20,000 nucleotides of DNA from NCBI RefSeq assembly GCF_004010195.1, contig NC_057749.1, forward strand, positions 21,123,724 through 21,143,723. The letters run 5' to 3'. A model generated the notes under the pieces. That model was not told the DNA's origin. It made no database searches and was given only the letters and a program-made list of their open reading frames with translations. The translations under genes and the position numbers were made by a program. Below are positions 18,590 through 20,000 of this stretch, piece by piece (the stretch's first letter is position 1; every line of letters starts with the position of its first letter). Source of the stretch: Chiloscyllium plagiosum. Lineage: Eukaryota.

Positions 18590-20000
18590 GAGCCAGGCCT
18601 GGATACTGTGGGTCAGTGATCCTAGACTGGATACTGTGGGTCAGTGAGCCCAGGCTGGATACTGTGGGTCAGTGATCCCAGGCTGGATACTGTGGGTCAG
18701 TGATCCCGGCCAGGACACTGTGGGTCAGTGATCCCAGGCTGGATACTCTGGGTCAGTGATCCTGGGCTGGACACTGTGGGTCAGTGATCCCGGGCTGGAC
18801 ACTGTGGGTCAGTGATCCCAGGCTGGATACTGTGGGTCAGTGATCCCGGGCTGGATACTGTGGGTCAGTGATCCCAGGCTGGATACTGTGGGTCAGTGAT
18901 CCCAGGCTGGATACTGTGGGTCAGTGATGCCGGGCTGGATACTGTGGGTCAGTGATCCCAGACTGGATACTCTGTGTCAGTGATCCCAGGCTGGATACTC
19001 TGGGTCAGTGATCCCGGCTTGGATACTGTGAGTCAGTGATCCCAGGTTGGACACTGTGGGTCAGTGATCCCAGGCTGGACGCTGTGGGTCAGTGATCCCA
19101 GGCTGGACACTGTGGGTCAGTGATCCCGGGCTGGATACTGTGGGTCAGTGATCCTGGCCTGGATACTGTGAGTCAGTGATCCCAGGCTGGACACTGTGGG
19201 TCAGTGATCCCGGGCTGGACGCTGTGGGTCAGTGATCCAAGGCTGGACACTGTGGGTCAGTGATCCTGGGCTGGACACTGTGGGTCAGTGATCCAAGACT
19301 GGATACTGTGTGTCAGTGATCCCAGGCTGGACACTGTGGGTCAGTGATCCCAGACTGGACACTGTGGGTCAGTGATCCCGGCCTCGATACTGTGGGTCAG
19401 TGATCCCGGGCTGGACACTGTGGGTCAGTGATCCCGGGCTGGATACTGTGGGTCAGTGATCCCAGACTGGATAGTGTGGGTCAGTGATCCCGGCCTGGAC
19501 ACTGTGGGTCAGTGATCCCGGGCTGGACGCTGTGGGTCAGTGATCCCAGACTGGATACTGTGGGTCAGTGATCCTGGCCTGGATACTGAGGGTCAGTGAT
19601 CCCGGGCTGGACGCTGTGGGTCAGTGATCCCAGATTGGATACTGTGGGTCAGTGATCCTGGCCTGGATACTGTGGGTCAGTGATCCCGAGCTGGACACTG
19701 TGGGTCAGTGATCCCGGCCTGGATACTGTGGGTTAGTGATCCTGGACTGGATGCTGTGGGTCAGTGATACCGGGCTGGATACTGTGGGTCAGTGATTCCG
19801 GGCTGGATACTGTGGGTCAGTGATCCCGCGCTGGATACTGTGGGTCAGTGATCCCGGGCTGGATACTGTGGGTCAGTGATCCCGGGCTGGACACTGTGGG
19901 TCAGTGATCCCGGGCTGGACACTGTGGGTCAGTGATCCCGGGCTGGATACTGTGGGTCAGTGATCCCGCGCTGGATACAGTGGGTCAGTGATCCCGAGCT
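18590..20000. repeat. 28-bp GC-rich minisatellite, ~50 copies, continuing beyond the window
   Basis: Unit CTGGA(T/C)ACTGTGGGTCAGTGATCCC(A/G)GG with a constant 28-bp period and no spacers. Confidence 0.97.

Noticed and set aside
18590..20000. CRISPR-like array of 28-bp repeats
   Set aside because: Units are head-to-tail with no unique spacers, there are no cas genes, and the context is vertebrate.

Overview
Eukaryotic non-coding DNA (intronic or intergenic), almost certainly from a cartilaginous fish. The HE1/V-SINE-type elements with TAGAT/TAGAATC tails point to a shark. No host exon, rRNA, true tRNA gene or CRISPR array can be supported. Most of the window is layered retroelement debris: CR1-type LINE 3' fragments, a Rex1/Babar LINE, L2-like remnants, at least seven HE1-type SINEs and several Penelope-like element (PLE) insertions. 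It also holds two GC-rich minisatellites (27 bp x11; 28 bp x~50, running off the window) and two assembly gaps. Four things stand out. (1) A 1.7-kb composite insertion (7236-8958) bounded by a perfect 15-bp target-site duplication, in which hammerhead-ribozyme-bearing Penelope repeats enclose an old CR1 fragment as cargo. (2) About nine minimal hammerhead motifs from several PLE families, four with intact cores. (3) A perfect 45-bp inverted repeat with an inverted spacer, the signature of replication template switching. (4) A long minisatellite with an IR1-like nuclear-receptor motif in nearly every unit. Family names come from recalled motifs, not database searches.
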